Shown here piece after piece: positions 13,786 through 22,068 of a DNA stretch of 35,109 nucleotides. Source of the DNA: Clostridium phage JD032; the sequence record MK473382.1; one strand, 5' to 3'. A program made the position numbers and the translations under genes. The notes beneath the pieces were generated by a model. That model searched no databases. It was not told the DNA's origin and saw only the letters and a program-made list of their open reading frames with translations. The stretch's first letter is position 1. The number at the start of each line of letters is the position of its first letter.

Positions 13786-14421
13786 TTAAACTTTTCCGTT
13801 TATTTCTTTTAAGAATTTTTCTTTGGCTTTTTTGTATGCTTCTTCTGCTTCTCTTATGTTGTCATAGTATCCTAGATTATAATGCATTTTCTTAAATTCT
13901 ATTTGTGCACAGTATTTTCTTTTTTCTTTATTCCAAGAAACGCCTCTAATTTTAGTTTTTGAATTAGAATACGCTTCTGTCTTTTTTATAATAGATAGAT
14001 TTGTATCATCAATAATATTTTTTTCTTTATGTACTTTTAACGCTATCTTTGCATTTTTTATATTAGATTCCTTTTTCAAGCATCCACATGATTTAGTTCT
14101 ACCAGTAGTTAAATTGTTTTCTGCTGTCTTAATCTCATTTCCACAATCACACTTACAAGCCCAAATATAGTGACCACTTTTAGTTTTTTTATTAGTGTTC
14201 TTTATTGCTGTTAATCTGCCAAACTTTTTGCCTGTTAAATCATTTTGTTTAAACTGTGTGTTACTTTTCATGCATCCACATGCTTTTATTCTTTTTAAAC
14301 TATCTGCCCTTATCCATTTTTCATTATTGCAATTACTACATTTACATAAGCAATATTTCCTGCCATTTTTTTGTTCTATATCTAGTATTGTAAGATTTTC
14401 AAATTTATCTCCAATTTTCAT
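13786..14421 (-). CDS. AP2/ERF-type DNA-binding domain protein with two N-terminal Cys-rich zinc-ribbon-like repeats
   Basis: 211 aa. Repeats GDKFENLTIL..YCLCKCSNCNNE..ACGC and GKKFGRLTAI..YIWACKCDCGNE..SCGC. C-terminal IRGVSWNKEKRKYCAQIEF..HYNLGYYDNIREAEEAYKKA matches AP2. Confidence 0.6.
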   Translation of the reverse strand: MKIGDKFENLTILDIEQKNGRKYCLCKCSNCNNEKWIRADSLKRIKACGCMKSNTQFKQNDLTGKKFGRLTAIKNTNKKTKSGHYIWACKCDCGNEIKTAENNLTTGRTKSCGCLKKESNIKNAKIALKVHKEKNIIDDTNLSIIKKTEAYSNSKTKIRGVSWNKEKRKYCAQIEFKKMHYNLGYYDNIREAEEAYKKAKEKFLKEINGKV

Positions 14422-14432
14422 GTTTTCACTTC

Positions 14433-14882
14433 CTATAGATATTTTATAAACATTTCTTTTATCTTAGTTTCAAATTCTTCTGTTGTTATATATTCATCTT
14501 TGTAGTTTTCTTCTAATTCTTCAACATTTCCATTTTCTTCTAAGTATGTTTCATGCATATAATATAAGTCATAAACTTCATTGAATAAAGAACCATCTAC
14601 AGTATATAAATGTTTCTCACAAGTGGCTAAATCTTCGTAACTAGCCCCCTCACCTACATAGCATCCTTCAAAAATATTTATATCGAAATCTTTGAATTGA
14701 CATTCACCTGCAAATTCAAACCAATATTCACATAAATTTATTATAGCATCAACACATTTTTCTTTACTTATTTTATAACAACTAATTCCTGCTTCAAAAT
14801 GTTCTCCATCTCCAGTTGCAGAACTTACATGTTCTTTTCCTCTAAAGCCCTTATCGTAATCAAGTCTGATGAATTTTTCCAT
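14433..14882 (-). CDS. hypothetical strongly acidic, aromatic-rich protein (cargo gene 2)
   Basis: 149 aa with many E/D/Y/F and 6 Cys. GGGGG RBS. Driven by promoter copy 2. Confidence 0.5.
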   Translation of the reverse strand: MEKFIRLDYDKGFRGKEHVSSATGDGEHFEAGISCYKISKEKCVDAIINLCEYWFEFAGECQFKDFDINIFEGCYVGEGASYEDLATCEKHLYTVDGSLFNEVYDLYYMHETYLEENGNVEELEENYKDEYITTEEFETKIKEMFIKYL

Positions 14883-14918
14883 TTTTATATCCCCCTTTGT
14901 TTATCTTTCTTTAATTAT

Positions 14919-14947
14919 ATTATAAACGTTTACGTTTATTGAGTCAA
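14919..14947 (-). promoter_or_regulatory. consensus promoter copy 2 (TTGACT, 17 nt, TATAAT) with the same spacer palindrome
   Basis: TTGACTcaataaacgtaaacgttTATAAT. The block 14880-14990 is about 85% identical to 13707-13810. Confidence 0.55.
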
Positions 14948-14979
14948 CACTTTTATTAAACTTTTACGCTTATTTTCCC

Positions 14980-15009
14980 CTTGTCTTTTTAAACTTTTGC
15001 GATTATAAT
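14980..15009 (+). promoter_or_regulatory. divergent promoter for the 15032 gene
   Basis: TTGTCT, 17-18 nt, TATAAT, then AAGGAG RBS. Confidence 0.45.
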
Positions 15010-15031
15010 ATAAGTAAAAGGAGTTGTTAAA

Positions 15032-15241
15032 ATGAAAGATGTATTTGAGGAACTAATCTCTATAAAAGATGCTTGTGAACTTTATAAAAAAGGTGAAAGT
15101 ACGTTAAGACTTAATATAAGAAACGGAAAATTTGTGGAAGGTGTAGACTGTAAAAAATTCGGAACGACATGGGTTTTTAAAAAAACAGCACTTGAAAGAG
15201 AATATAACAAAAAGGATAAAAAAAGAGAGAGTGGTAACTGA
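15032..15241 (+). CDS. excisionase/HTH_17-type small DNA-binding protein
   Basis: 69 aa. ISIKDACELYKKGESTLRLNIRNGKF...GTTWVFKKTAL resembles the Xis/AlpA-like winged HTH. Confidence 0.55.
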   Translation: MKDVFEELISIKDACELYKKGESTLRLNIRNGKFVEGVDCKKFGTTWVFKKTALEREYNKKDKKRESGN

Positions 15242-15261
15242 TGAAATAGTTACCACTCTCT
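15226..15261. terminator. bidirectional terminator between the 15032 gene and the lysis cassette
   Basis: AGAGAGTGGTAAC-tgatgaaata-GTTACCACTCTCT, a 13-bp perfect stem. T-run TTTTTTTATCC on the minus-strand side. Confidence 0.6.
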
Positions 15262-15267
15262 ACAAAC

Positions 15268-16107
15268 TTATTTCTTAATAAAATCTAACGCTTTGTAAAG
15301 TGTATCAAATCTATCATTACCTTTTATCATTGTATAATGTTCTTTTGTTATAGAACTTATCTTTTCACATGCTCCACCACCAACAACATATAAATTTTCT
15401 GTCTGACCTGGTATGTAATCTTTTATATCACATATTAAAATTTTGTTTGAACCATAACCCCAACCAAGCACAGTTGCAGGGATTTTATCAATTTCTCCAT
15501 CATAAACTATTGTATGTTTGTACATTTGTTTAACTCCCTCGCTATTTATATTTTTATTCAACACACCCTCAACAATTAACTTAGCAATACCTTCATATCC
15601 AAGTTTCTTAGCCTTCTCATAATCCTCTTTATTATCACAGAAGAAACTTTCAATTAATACTGCTGTAGGTTTAGAGCTATTTAAGATATATAAACTTTTA
15701 TCTAATTTAACACCTCTATTACCTACTTCTTTATCTCCTTTTTTTCTTATGAAAGGTTTAGATAGTTTATCTACTACCCTCTGCGCATATTCCTTCCCTT
15801 TTTCACTATAGTAAAATACTTCTGTTCCAAAAGCTCCTACACCACTTGAATTTAAATGTAACTCTATAAGTAAGTCATATCCTCCGCTATTAACTCTAGG
15901 TATTTTGTAAGACTTTTCCTCGCTCTTAGTTTTAAACTGCTTTTCGGGGCATATTATTACATCTGCCTTATGACCTTCTTTTCTAAATGCATCTGCTAAT
16001 ACTGGTGCAAGAGATTTATTGTATTGATACTCGTTAATCACTCCATCCGCAGAAGTACATGAACCATTTTTTAAAATACTGTGTCCTACTGCAATACATA
16101 TTTTCAT
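15268..16107 (-). CDS. endolysin, N-acetylmuramoyl-L-alanine amidase (Amidase_3 type) with a C-terminal domain of about 90 aa
   Basis: CIAVGHS, LLIELHLNS and PTAVLIESFFCDNKEDY, the zinc-ligand pattern of Amidase_3. Last gene of the late operon. Confidence 0.8.
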   Translation of the reverse strand: MKICIAVGHSILKNGSCTSADGVINEYQYNKSLAPVLADAFRKEGHKADVIICPEKQFKTKSEEKSYKIPRVNSGGYDLLIELHLNSSGVGAFGTEVFYYSEKGKEYAQRVVDKLSKPFIRKKGDKEVGNRGVKLDKSLYILNSSKPTAVLIESFFCDNKEDYEKAKKLGYEGIAKLIVEGVLNKNINSEGVKQMYKHTIVYDGEIDKIPATVLGWGYGSNKILICDIKDYIPGQTENLYVVGGGACEKISSITKEHYTMIKGNDRFDTLYKALDFIKK

Positions 16108-16364
16108 TATTTATCACCATCCTTCAACTGTTTGTAAACTTGATTTGCCCCTATAGCTACTCCCCAACATAAAATTCCTTGTAAGATTGAATTTGGATTA
16201 AATCCTAGCATCCATATTGAAAATACTATACCAAGTACTAGCAGTATAACTGGGATGTATTTATTATCTAGTTGCTTATATTTCTTAAATCCAAATCCTA
16301 ATACATTAAGAGCAACTACCAATAAAAGTAATTGCTCTGGTATAAAACTTATTAAATTATCCAT
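16107..16364 (-). CDS. holin
   Basis: 85 aa with 2-3 predicted TM helices (LLLLVVALNVLGFGF, IPVILLVLGIVFSIWMLGF). Polar C-terminus. ATGA overlap with the endolysin start. Confidence 0.6.
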   Translation of the reverse strand: MDNLISFIPEQLLLLVVALNVLGFGFKKYKQLDNKYIPVILLVLGIVFSIWMLGFNPNSILQGILCWGVAIGANQVYKQLKDGDK

Positions 16365-16383
16365 CTTTTATCCTCCTAATTAA

Positions 16384-16614
16384 TTAAAATATTCCTCTTT
16401 GAACTGCAAATATAAAGAATCCTACTAGTGTTGTAATCATTGTTCCAATTAGCCATTTTAACATACTTGTAAGTGAGTTTAGATTCTCACACAATGCTTT
16501 TAACTCTGCTTTAGACTCTATATTTGCTATCTTTAATTCATCTATTTCTTCTCCATGTTTATTTATTCTTGTTTCATGTCTTTTTATTTTTTCTTTTATA
16601 ACTTCTTCATTCAT
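16384..16614 (-). CDS. XhlA-like lysis-associated membrane protein
   Basis: 76 aa. N-terminal coiled coil (HETRINKHGEEIDELK) and a C-terminal TM (WLIGTMITTLVGFFIFAV), which is the XhlA architecture. Confidence 0.55.
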   Translation of the reverse strand: MNEEVIKEKIKRHETRINKHGEEIDELKIANIESKAELKALCENLNSLTSMLKWLIGTMITTLVGFFIFAVQRGIF

Positions 16615-16617
16615 GTA

Positions 16618-16651
16618 AGCCTCCTAATTAATTGAAATAAAAAAAGAACCT
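16618..16651 (-). terminator. partial terminator between the tail-fibre genes and the lysis cassette
   Basis: Minus strand AGAACCT-acaatttaag-AGGTTCT followed by TTTTTTTATTTC, then the XhlA RBS AGGAGG. Confidence 0.4.
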
Positions 16652-16652
16652 C

Positions 16653-16835
16653 TTAAATTGTAGGTTCTGCTCCTTCTACTACTCCACTTTCTCTAATTAT
16701 ATAATCCTCTACTGCATTTCTGTACTCTGTGTTAGTAACATCATCCAACTCAAATTCTCGATTTTTTAGAGGGTTTAATCCTTTATTCAAAATCCTCTCT
16801 GCTAATATTCTTACCACAATATTATTTATATTCAT
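16653..16835 (-). CDS. hypothetical small protein (XkdX position)
   Basis: 60 aa ORF between the fibre genes and XhlA. Confidence 0.35.
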   Translation of the reverse strand: MNINNIVVRILAERILNKGLNPLKNREFELDDVTNTEYRNAVEDYIIRESGVVEGAEPTI

Positions 16836-17128
16836 TATAAAATTCCTCCTACCTTTTCATTTTCTGCAATTAGTAATTGATTTTCTAACTCTCGTATTCT
16901 CTTTTCTTCTTCTGAAATAAAAATTGGTATTTCTTCTAAAATTGGTTGTTTGGTCTCTGTATTTATACCTATAATTCTATTTCTTGTATAGTCTATACTT
17001 CCATACTCAACATCAATATAATGTAATTCTGTTATTGTATCATGTTCTAGTATATCTCCTGTTGCTTCTCCAGTTTGTAAAAGTATTTTACCAGTTTGGT
17101 CGTAAATTATTCTATTTGCTCTATTCAT
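16835..17128 (-). CDS. hypothetical tail-fibre-associated protein (XkdW position)
   Basis: 97 aa with ATGA-type coupling. Confidence 0.35.
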   Translation of the reverse strand: MNRANRIIYDQTGKILLQTGEATGDILEHDTITELHYIDVEYGSIDYTRNRIIGINTETKQPILEEIPIFISEEEKRIRELENQLLIAENEKVGGIL

Positions 17129-17141
17129 TTTATCACCTCAT

Positions 17142-18839
17142 TTATATGAATTTTATAGCATACCAATTGTACAAAGTATAAGACACAGAAGGTCTATAAG
17201 CAGGAACATAGACACCTTGGTTATTTATATAAGTATTACCTCTATTATTTATATAAACCTGACCATCAGCTGTAAATTTGGTATCTGAATTTGTTTTTCG
17301 AAGAGCGGTTGTAATTACAAAATCTTTATCAGAAAGTGATGGGATTGAATATGTGGCAAAGATTAAGTATTTATAAAATTGTGTTGGGCTATTAGTCGTA
17401 CACTCGCATTCAGCAAAAAAGATATTTGGAATAAAATTTAATCCTTCAATATTAATCCACCCTCCTGGATTTATTGGATAATTAGGATTAGATTCGCTAT
17501 TAACATACAAATAAGCAGTTGATGTTGTGTTTGTTAATGTACTGGTACGTCCTGATGCAACTTTATATTTTGTATTTAACTGATTTATAGTATTATTAGC
17601 TTGTGTTAGCTGATTCATCAAATCCTGTAAACTAGCATCTGAACTATCAAAACTTGTTTTTATTTTCTCTGATAACTCAACTAGTGTATTATTCAAACTT
17701 GCTTCTATATTCTTTAATGCTAAAGTATTTATAATACTTGTTTTGCCATTCTTAAATGCAGTTCCAATTTCTCTCCACTTATTTGTAACTTCTTCGCTAG
17801 ATGAGCCAGTTGGAAGCGGTGCAATGCCTTTACTAACTGTAAAAATTCTCTCTGCTTTAGCATTAGAACTGTCTGTAACAACTATTTTAATTGTGTGTAG
17901 TGCATTATCTTCTAATGTATAGTTAATTGTTTTCTCTATTGTTAACTCGGTTGTTATAGTTTCTTTTAACACATCATCTATAAAATATTCTATTTTTGTA
18001 AGCAATGTAGGGTCTGTGTGGTCTGCTTTAAATGTTGCTGTAGTTGAGTTATATGAGGATATGTCCAAAAATGGTAATGCTTGAAGTAATGTTATTTTAG
18101 CATAACCATCTGCTTTAGTAGTATTACCTCCAGTAGTCATGACTACATTTTCAAGATAATATTCAGATGTTGGTATATATCCATGTGGCTTATAACTATC
18201 TTTAGTTAGTGCGTAACCACTTCCACCACCTGAACCATAAAGTTCACCACTACCACCTCCAAACCAACCTCCTCCACCTTTTGAAGTTGAAGAGCCATTA
18301 CTTTTTCCAAATAAACCACAAAGGTCATCTGTACGGCCTGTCCCACCTTGATATTGCGAACCTCCAGTGGTATAACTACGGTAAACTGCTCCTCTTTCGC
18401 CTATAAGTCCACCACCATTGCCACCTTCATATGAACTATCAGCACTTCCACCACCACCACCAGCAACAAGTATACGTGAAAATAATCCTTGTGGATTATC
18501 CCAAGAGCCACCAACGAGCCTTATATCTGTAGCTCCACCACCAACAGTAGATACTCCACTCACAGAGCCACCACTTCCGCCACCACCAAAGCCAGTTCTA
18601 GTAAGAGAAGAACCACTTGAAGGGTTTTCATAGCCACTTTGGCCAGCATAAATATATAAAAGAGTTTTTTCTTTAAAGATAATCTCGCCTTTTACATAAC
18701 CACCTTTAGCACAAACATCCCAAGTATCAACACCAAATGCACCTCCACTAGCACCCCAACATTCTAATTTATATTTAGCAGGTTTTAATGTTACACTTTG
18801 TTCTGCACCTGTATAATCAAAATTCCATTCAGTCTGCAT
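17142..18839 (-). CDS. glycine-rich tail fibre protein
   Basis: 565 aa. Extended GGGGSGGSVSG...GGGGGSADSSYEGGNGGG...GGGGWFGGGSGELYGSGGGSGY tracts, then a coiled-coil segment and an aromatic-rich C-terminal domain. Confidence 0.7.
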   Translation of the reverse strand: MQTEWNFDYTGAEQSVTLKPAKYKLECWGASGGAFGVDTWDVCAKGGYVKGEIIFKEKTLLYIYAGQSGYENPSSGSSLTRTGFGGGGSGGSVSGVSTVGGGATDIRLVGGSWDNPQGLFSRILVAGGGGGSADSSYEGGNGGGLIGERGAVYRSYTTGGSQYQGGTGRTDDLCGLFGKSNGSSTSKGGGGWFGGGSGELYGSGGGSGYALTKDSYKPHGYIPTSEYYLENVVMTTGGNTTKADGYAKITLLQALPFLDISSYNSTTATFKADHTDPTLLTKIEYFIDDVLKETITTELTIEKTINYTLEDNALHTIKIVVTDSSNAKAERIFTVSKGIAPLPTGSSSEEVTNKWREIGTAFKNGKTSIINTLALKNIEASLNNTLVELSEKIKTSFDSSDASLQDLMNQLTQANNTINQLNTKYKVASGRTSTLTNTTSTAYLYVNSESNPNYPINPGGWINIEGLNFIPNIFFAECECTTNSPTQFYKYLIFATYSIPSLSDKDFVITTALRKTNSDTKFTADGQVYINNRGNTYINNQGVYVPAYRPSVSYTLYNWYAIKFI

Positions 18840-18856
18840 TTTCTCACTCTCCTCTC

Positions 18857-19636
18857 TTAAATAGGTAACATATCATTTTGTATAGATATATTAACCTCAT
18901 TAAATTTTTCTATCTTTGCAACAACTTCATCAATCGCCCCTTGCACATTCGTAGCAGTAAGATTGCTTGTTGCATTATTATAACTTGTTTTCTCTGCTGT
19001 TGTTTCTATACTATCTACACTAGTTTTTACCTCATTCAATGCACCAACTATATTTGTTTTATCTGTTGTAGTAAGTTGTGTTGTATCTCCTATTTTTCTA
19101 TTTAACTCTGTCTTAGTAGTTTCTATGTTGCTTTTTAATTCTGTTTTAGTTGTATCAATTTTAGTGTCTAAGTCTTGTATATCTTTTAAAGTTGCTAATA
19201 CAACTGTTGGGTCTATTTTTAAATTTATACTTGCTGTATTAGACACAGCTAATATAATTTTAATTAATATTTCTTTTACTGTTCCCGAATCTGGAGCAGG
19301 TTTATAAGTTTCTGGATAGCTAGATATTGCGAGAAGTTGGTCTTTAGAGTCAAATACTCCAACCTCTCTGATTGTAAAACTTCCAGTGTCTCCAGTTATA
19401 GTCTTTTGGATAACTACCCAATTAGGTTTTTTTTCATCTGCTTGAACATGCTCTAATGTACTTTCCCACACCACATTTTTAAGTTCTGTTTGAGTTTCTG
19501 TTGGAATATATGCACTTCCACCACCATCCCCAACTTTTATTTTTGCAAAATCAACTCTAGTCCCGAGTGCTGTAGCATTTGCTATAGCCGCTTTACCTAT
19601 TTCTGTAAGTAATGTATAATATTGTGCTTGTGCCAA
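18857..19636 (-). CDS. tail fibre / tail-collar fibre protein (DUF3751-like N-terminus)
   Basis: MAQAQYYTLLTEIGKAAIANATALGTRVDFAKIKVGDGGGS is the conserved N-terminus of P2/Mu-type fibres. T/K/E-rich coiled-coil C-terminus. Confidence 0.6.
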   Translation of the reverse strand: MAQAQYYTLLTEIGKAAIANATALGTRVDFAKIKVGDGGGSAYIPTETQTELKNVVWESTLEHVQADEKKPNWVVIQKTITGDTGSFTIREVGVFDSKDQLLAISSYPETYKPAPDSGTVKEILIKIILAVSNTASINLKIDPTVVLATLKDIQDLDTKIDTTKTELKSNIETTKTELNRKIGDTTQLTTTDKTNIVGALNEVKTSVDSIETTAEKTSYNNATSNLTATNVQGAIDEVVAKIEKFNEVNISIQNDMLPI

Positions 19637-20254
19637 TTATATCACCTCCTGTTTAGGGTATAATGTTACCCTTTCAGCACTTTTATTGTTTCCACTAGCT
19701 AGTATTATTTCTCCAAAACATGTTATATCTTTAGGAGTATAAGGGTATATAGTAACTGTTTCTCCTGCACTAGCTATTGCTCCTGTATAAAGTCCATTTT
19801 GATTATATAAAATCATTTCAAATTTATGTTCTAAATGTGCTGGTTTTATTTCTTCTATTTTCTTATCTAATTCTAAAATAGTGTTATAACTACAATTATT
19901 TGTTATAAAACTAAGTGTAAAACTAAATAGATTACTAAATACTTCTACATCAACATTAGTCTTTGTATAAGCCTCTCCTATAGCTTTTATAACCTCTATT
20001 GTAGTTGTACCCTTCCCCCTCATTTTTGCTTTTATATTACTTCTTCTATCTTCTATATTTAAATCAAATCTATTTTTAATAGATAAAATATTCTCCCAAT
20101 AATCAAGTCCCCATGTTGCTGTGTCAACAAAAAACTGGTCAAAAGTATCGTCATATGTTTCTCTAAGTGTGCTCAGTTCTATGTCATAAGCATCTTGTAT
20201 TTTTCTAGTAATATCATTGTTATAAAAAGAAGGTAGTTTATCAATTAATTTCAT
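19637..20254 (-). CDS. tail protein (XkdU-like, precedes the fibre)
   Basis: 205 aa, call from position in the PBSX-like order. Confidence 0.45.
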   Translation of the reverse strand: MKLIDKLPSFYNNDITRKIQDAYDIELSTLRETYDDTFDQFFVDTATWGLDYWENILSIKNRFDLNIEDRRSNIKAKMRGKGTTTIEVIKAIGEAYTKTNVDVEVFSNLFSFTLSFITNNCSYNTILELDKKIEEIKPAHLEHKFEMILYNQNGLYTGAIASAGETVTIYPYTPKDITCFGEIILASGNNKSAERVTLYPKQEVI

Positions 20255-21324
20255 TAAACTACCACCTCGCTAAATTCTAATGTCGTCACACTTGGTACTT
20301 TGTCTTCCTCAAAAGTTATATTTTCAGCTTCATTATTTAATAATAAATTGCTAAAGTCATGTATGCCCTCAATAGACGCAAGTATTGCACTTACTTTAGT
20401 GTAAATTATTTCTTTATTAACATTTATTAAATAACTATTAATACTTTCTAAGAAACTTTCTTTTACAAAATCTAATGTATATCCTGCTTCTAGCTTTATA
20501 GTTACACTTATACTTATGTCTAAAATACTTGGGGTCAAAACTTTTAATGCAGGACCTATTGGCATTTCTATCTCAATATGTTCTTTGCATCTTTCAATTA
20601 CTTCTGTATCAACAGCTTGATTATTTTCTCCAAAGATTAAAACTTTTACCGTTCCTGGACCATCCCATCTTGGATAAATTTTAGCGTTATATACTCCTTC
20701 AACTTCTAAAGCCCATGCTTCATAGTGTGCCTTGTTTCCACTAGTCGCTTGATTTTTTTGTATTTTATAGAATCTCTCTTTTAATTCTTCGTCTGTTTCT
20801 ATTTCTGTACCACCTTTAAAGTCTAAATTATTATAAATTTTCGTTATACCGTTTATTTCGTCTTGTAGCTTAAATTCAGTGTTTGCAGGTATATTATATC
20901 TAATTCCAATTTCTAAAGCCTGTACGGGGCTTGTATTTTGTTCGATTTCTGAACTAATTACTATATCTTTAATTACTACGAATAATAGCTCATTGTAAGA
21001 TATAATTGTTCCGTTTTGAACAATTGTTCCAGCTTTTCCTTCAAATATTACCTCTCCAGTTGCTTCTGTTCCTAACTTTCTATATACTCCAAACTCATTT
21101 ACTCTCTTATCTAAAAAATCGTCGAAGTTATCTTCAATAAAAGCTTTTTTATGAAGATATGAAAGTTCTATATAGAATTTTGCGAGTTCTGTACTGATTG
21201 GAGATACCATATCACTTAAAAAAGAACCCTCACTCTTATAGATATCTAAATCTATATTTGATAGAGTTCTATTTTTAATAACGTCATATGTTTGACTACT
21301 ATACATTAACTTCCACCTCCCCAT
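20254..21324 (-). CDS. baseplate J-like protein (XkdT-like)
   Basis: 356 aa, call from size and position. Confidence 0.6.
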   Translation of the reverse strand: MGRWKLMYSSQTYDVIKNRTLSNIDLDIYKSEGSFLSDMVSPISTELAKFYIELSYLHKKAFIEDNFDDFLDKRVNEFGVYRKLGTEATGEVIFEGKAGTIVQNGTIISYNELLFVVIKDIVISSEIEQNTSPVQALEIGIRYNIPANTEFKLQDEINGITKIYNNLDFKGGTEIETDEELKERFYKIQKNQATSGNKAHYEAWALEVEGVYNAKIYPRWDGPGTVKVLIFGENNQAVDTEVIERCKEHIEIEMPIGPALKVLTPSILDISISVTIKLEAGYTLDFVKESFLESINSYLINVNKEIIYTKVSAILASIEGIHDFSNLLLNNEAENITFEEDKVPSVTTLEFSEVVV

Positions 21325-21727
21325 AAATTGTTGAAATTTCTATATCTACACTTAATAAATCATCTGTAAATTTTGTATTCTTGACATTGATATCTAATAT
21401 ATATGGATTAACTAATAAAGCCTCTTTTATATATCTACTAGCTTCACTTTCTGTAAGTCCTTTGCTGTATTTTTGACCTATAAGCTCTGAAAGTTCTGTT
21501 CCATAACCCCATGAATAAATCTCATGCTCATACTTGTTAGTTTTTATACATTTATACACCCAAACTTTTATAGCTTCATTGCCCTCAATGACCTTAAAAT
21601 CTCCATTTTCCACAACTGGTTCATCTTTTTCAAAATCCCAGGCCACTTCTTTAAATAATTCTAATTCTTCTGTTTTCGGTATTTCATAATCTTCTGGTAC
21701 ACCTATGAAAGGAAATATTGTACTCAT
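21299..21727 (-). CDS. baseplate/tail protein (XkdS-like)
   Basis: 142 aa. Overlaps the next gene. Confidence 0.4.
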   Translation of the reverse strand: MSTIFPFIGVPEDYEIPKTEELELFKEVAWDFEKDEPVVENGDFKVIEGNEAIKVWVYKCIKTNKYEHEIYSWGYGTELSELIGQKYSKGLTESEASRYIKEALLVNPYILDINVKNTKFTDDLLSVDIEISTIYGEVEVNV

Positions 21728-22053
21728 TATAAGCTCACCAACTTACTTACAACAGCAAATTTATCACCTATCTTAAACATTATTACTGTGTCCTCTTCCT
21801 CAAAGGTATCTATGAACGGATTTTTTACTTCATGCCTATGTTCCTGGCTTGTTTCTGTATTAAATGTTTCTATCTGCCTATCAAGAATCCAACTATCTAT
21901 TAAAATATCTTCTTTTTCTAATATGACATTATTTACCTCTATTTTTAAATCTGGTAATTTACTTTTAATTTCCCCAATAAAAAAAGAAGGTTCATTGTAA
22001 TGTTTTCCTTCCTCTCTTATTATTCCTATAAATTCATTTATTGGATTAGCCAC
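21727..22053 (-). CDS. tail protein (XkdR-like)
   Basis: 108 aa. Confidence 0.4.
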   Translation of the reverse strand: MANPINEFIGIIREEGKHYNEPSFFIGEIKSKLPDLKIEVNNVILEKEDILIDSWILDRQIETFNTETSQEHRHEVKNPFIDTFEEEDTVIMFKIGDKFAVVSKLVSL

Positions 22054-22068
22054 TATATCACCACCTTT

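Noticed and set aside
18418-18633. Proline-rich plus-strand ORF (PPPPPATS...PPPPKP)
   Set aside because: It is the antisense reading of the GGN glycine codons of the glycine-rich tail-fibre gene (17142..18839), not an independent gene.
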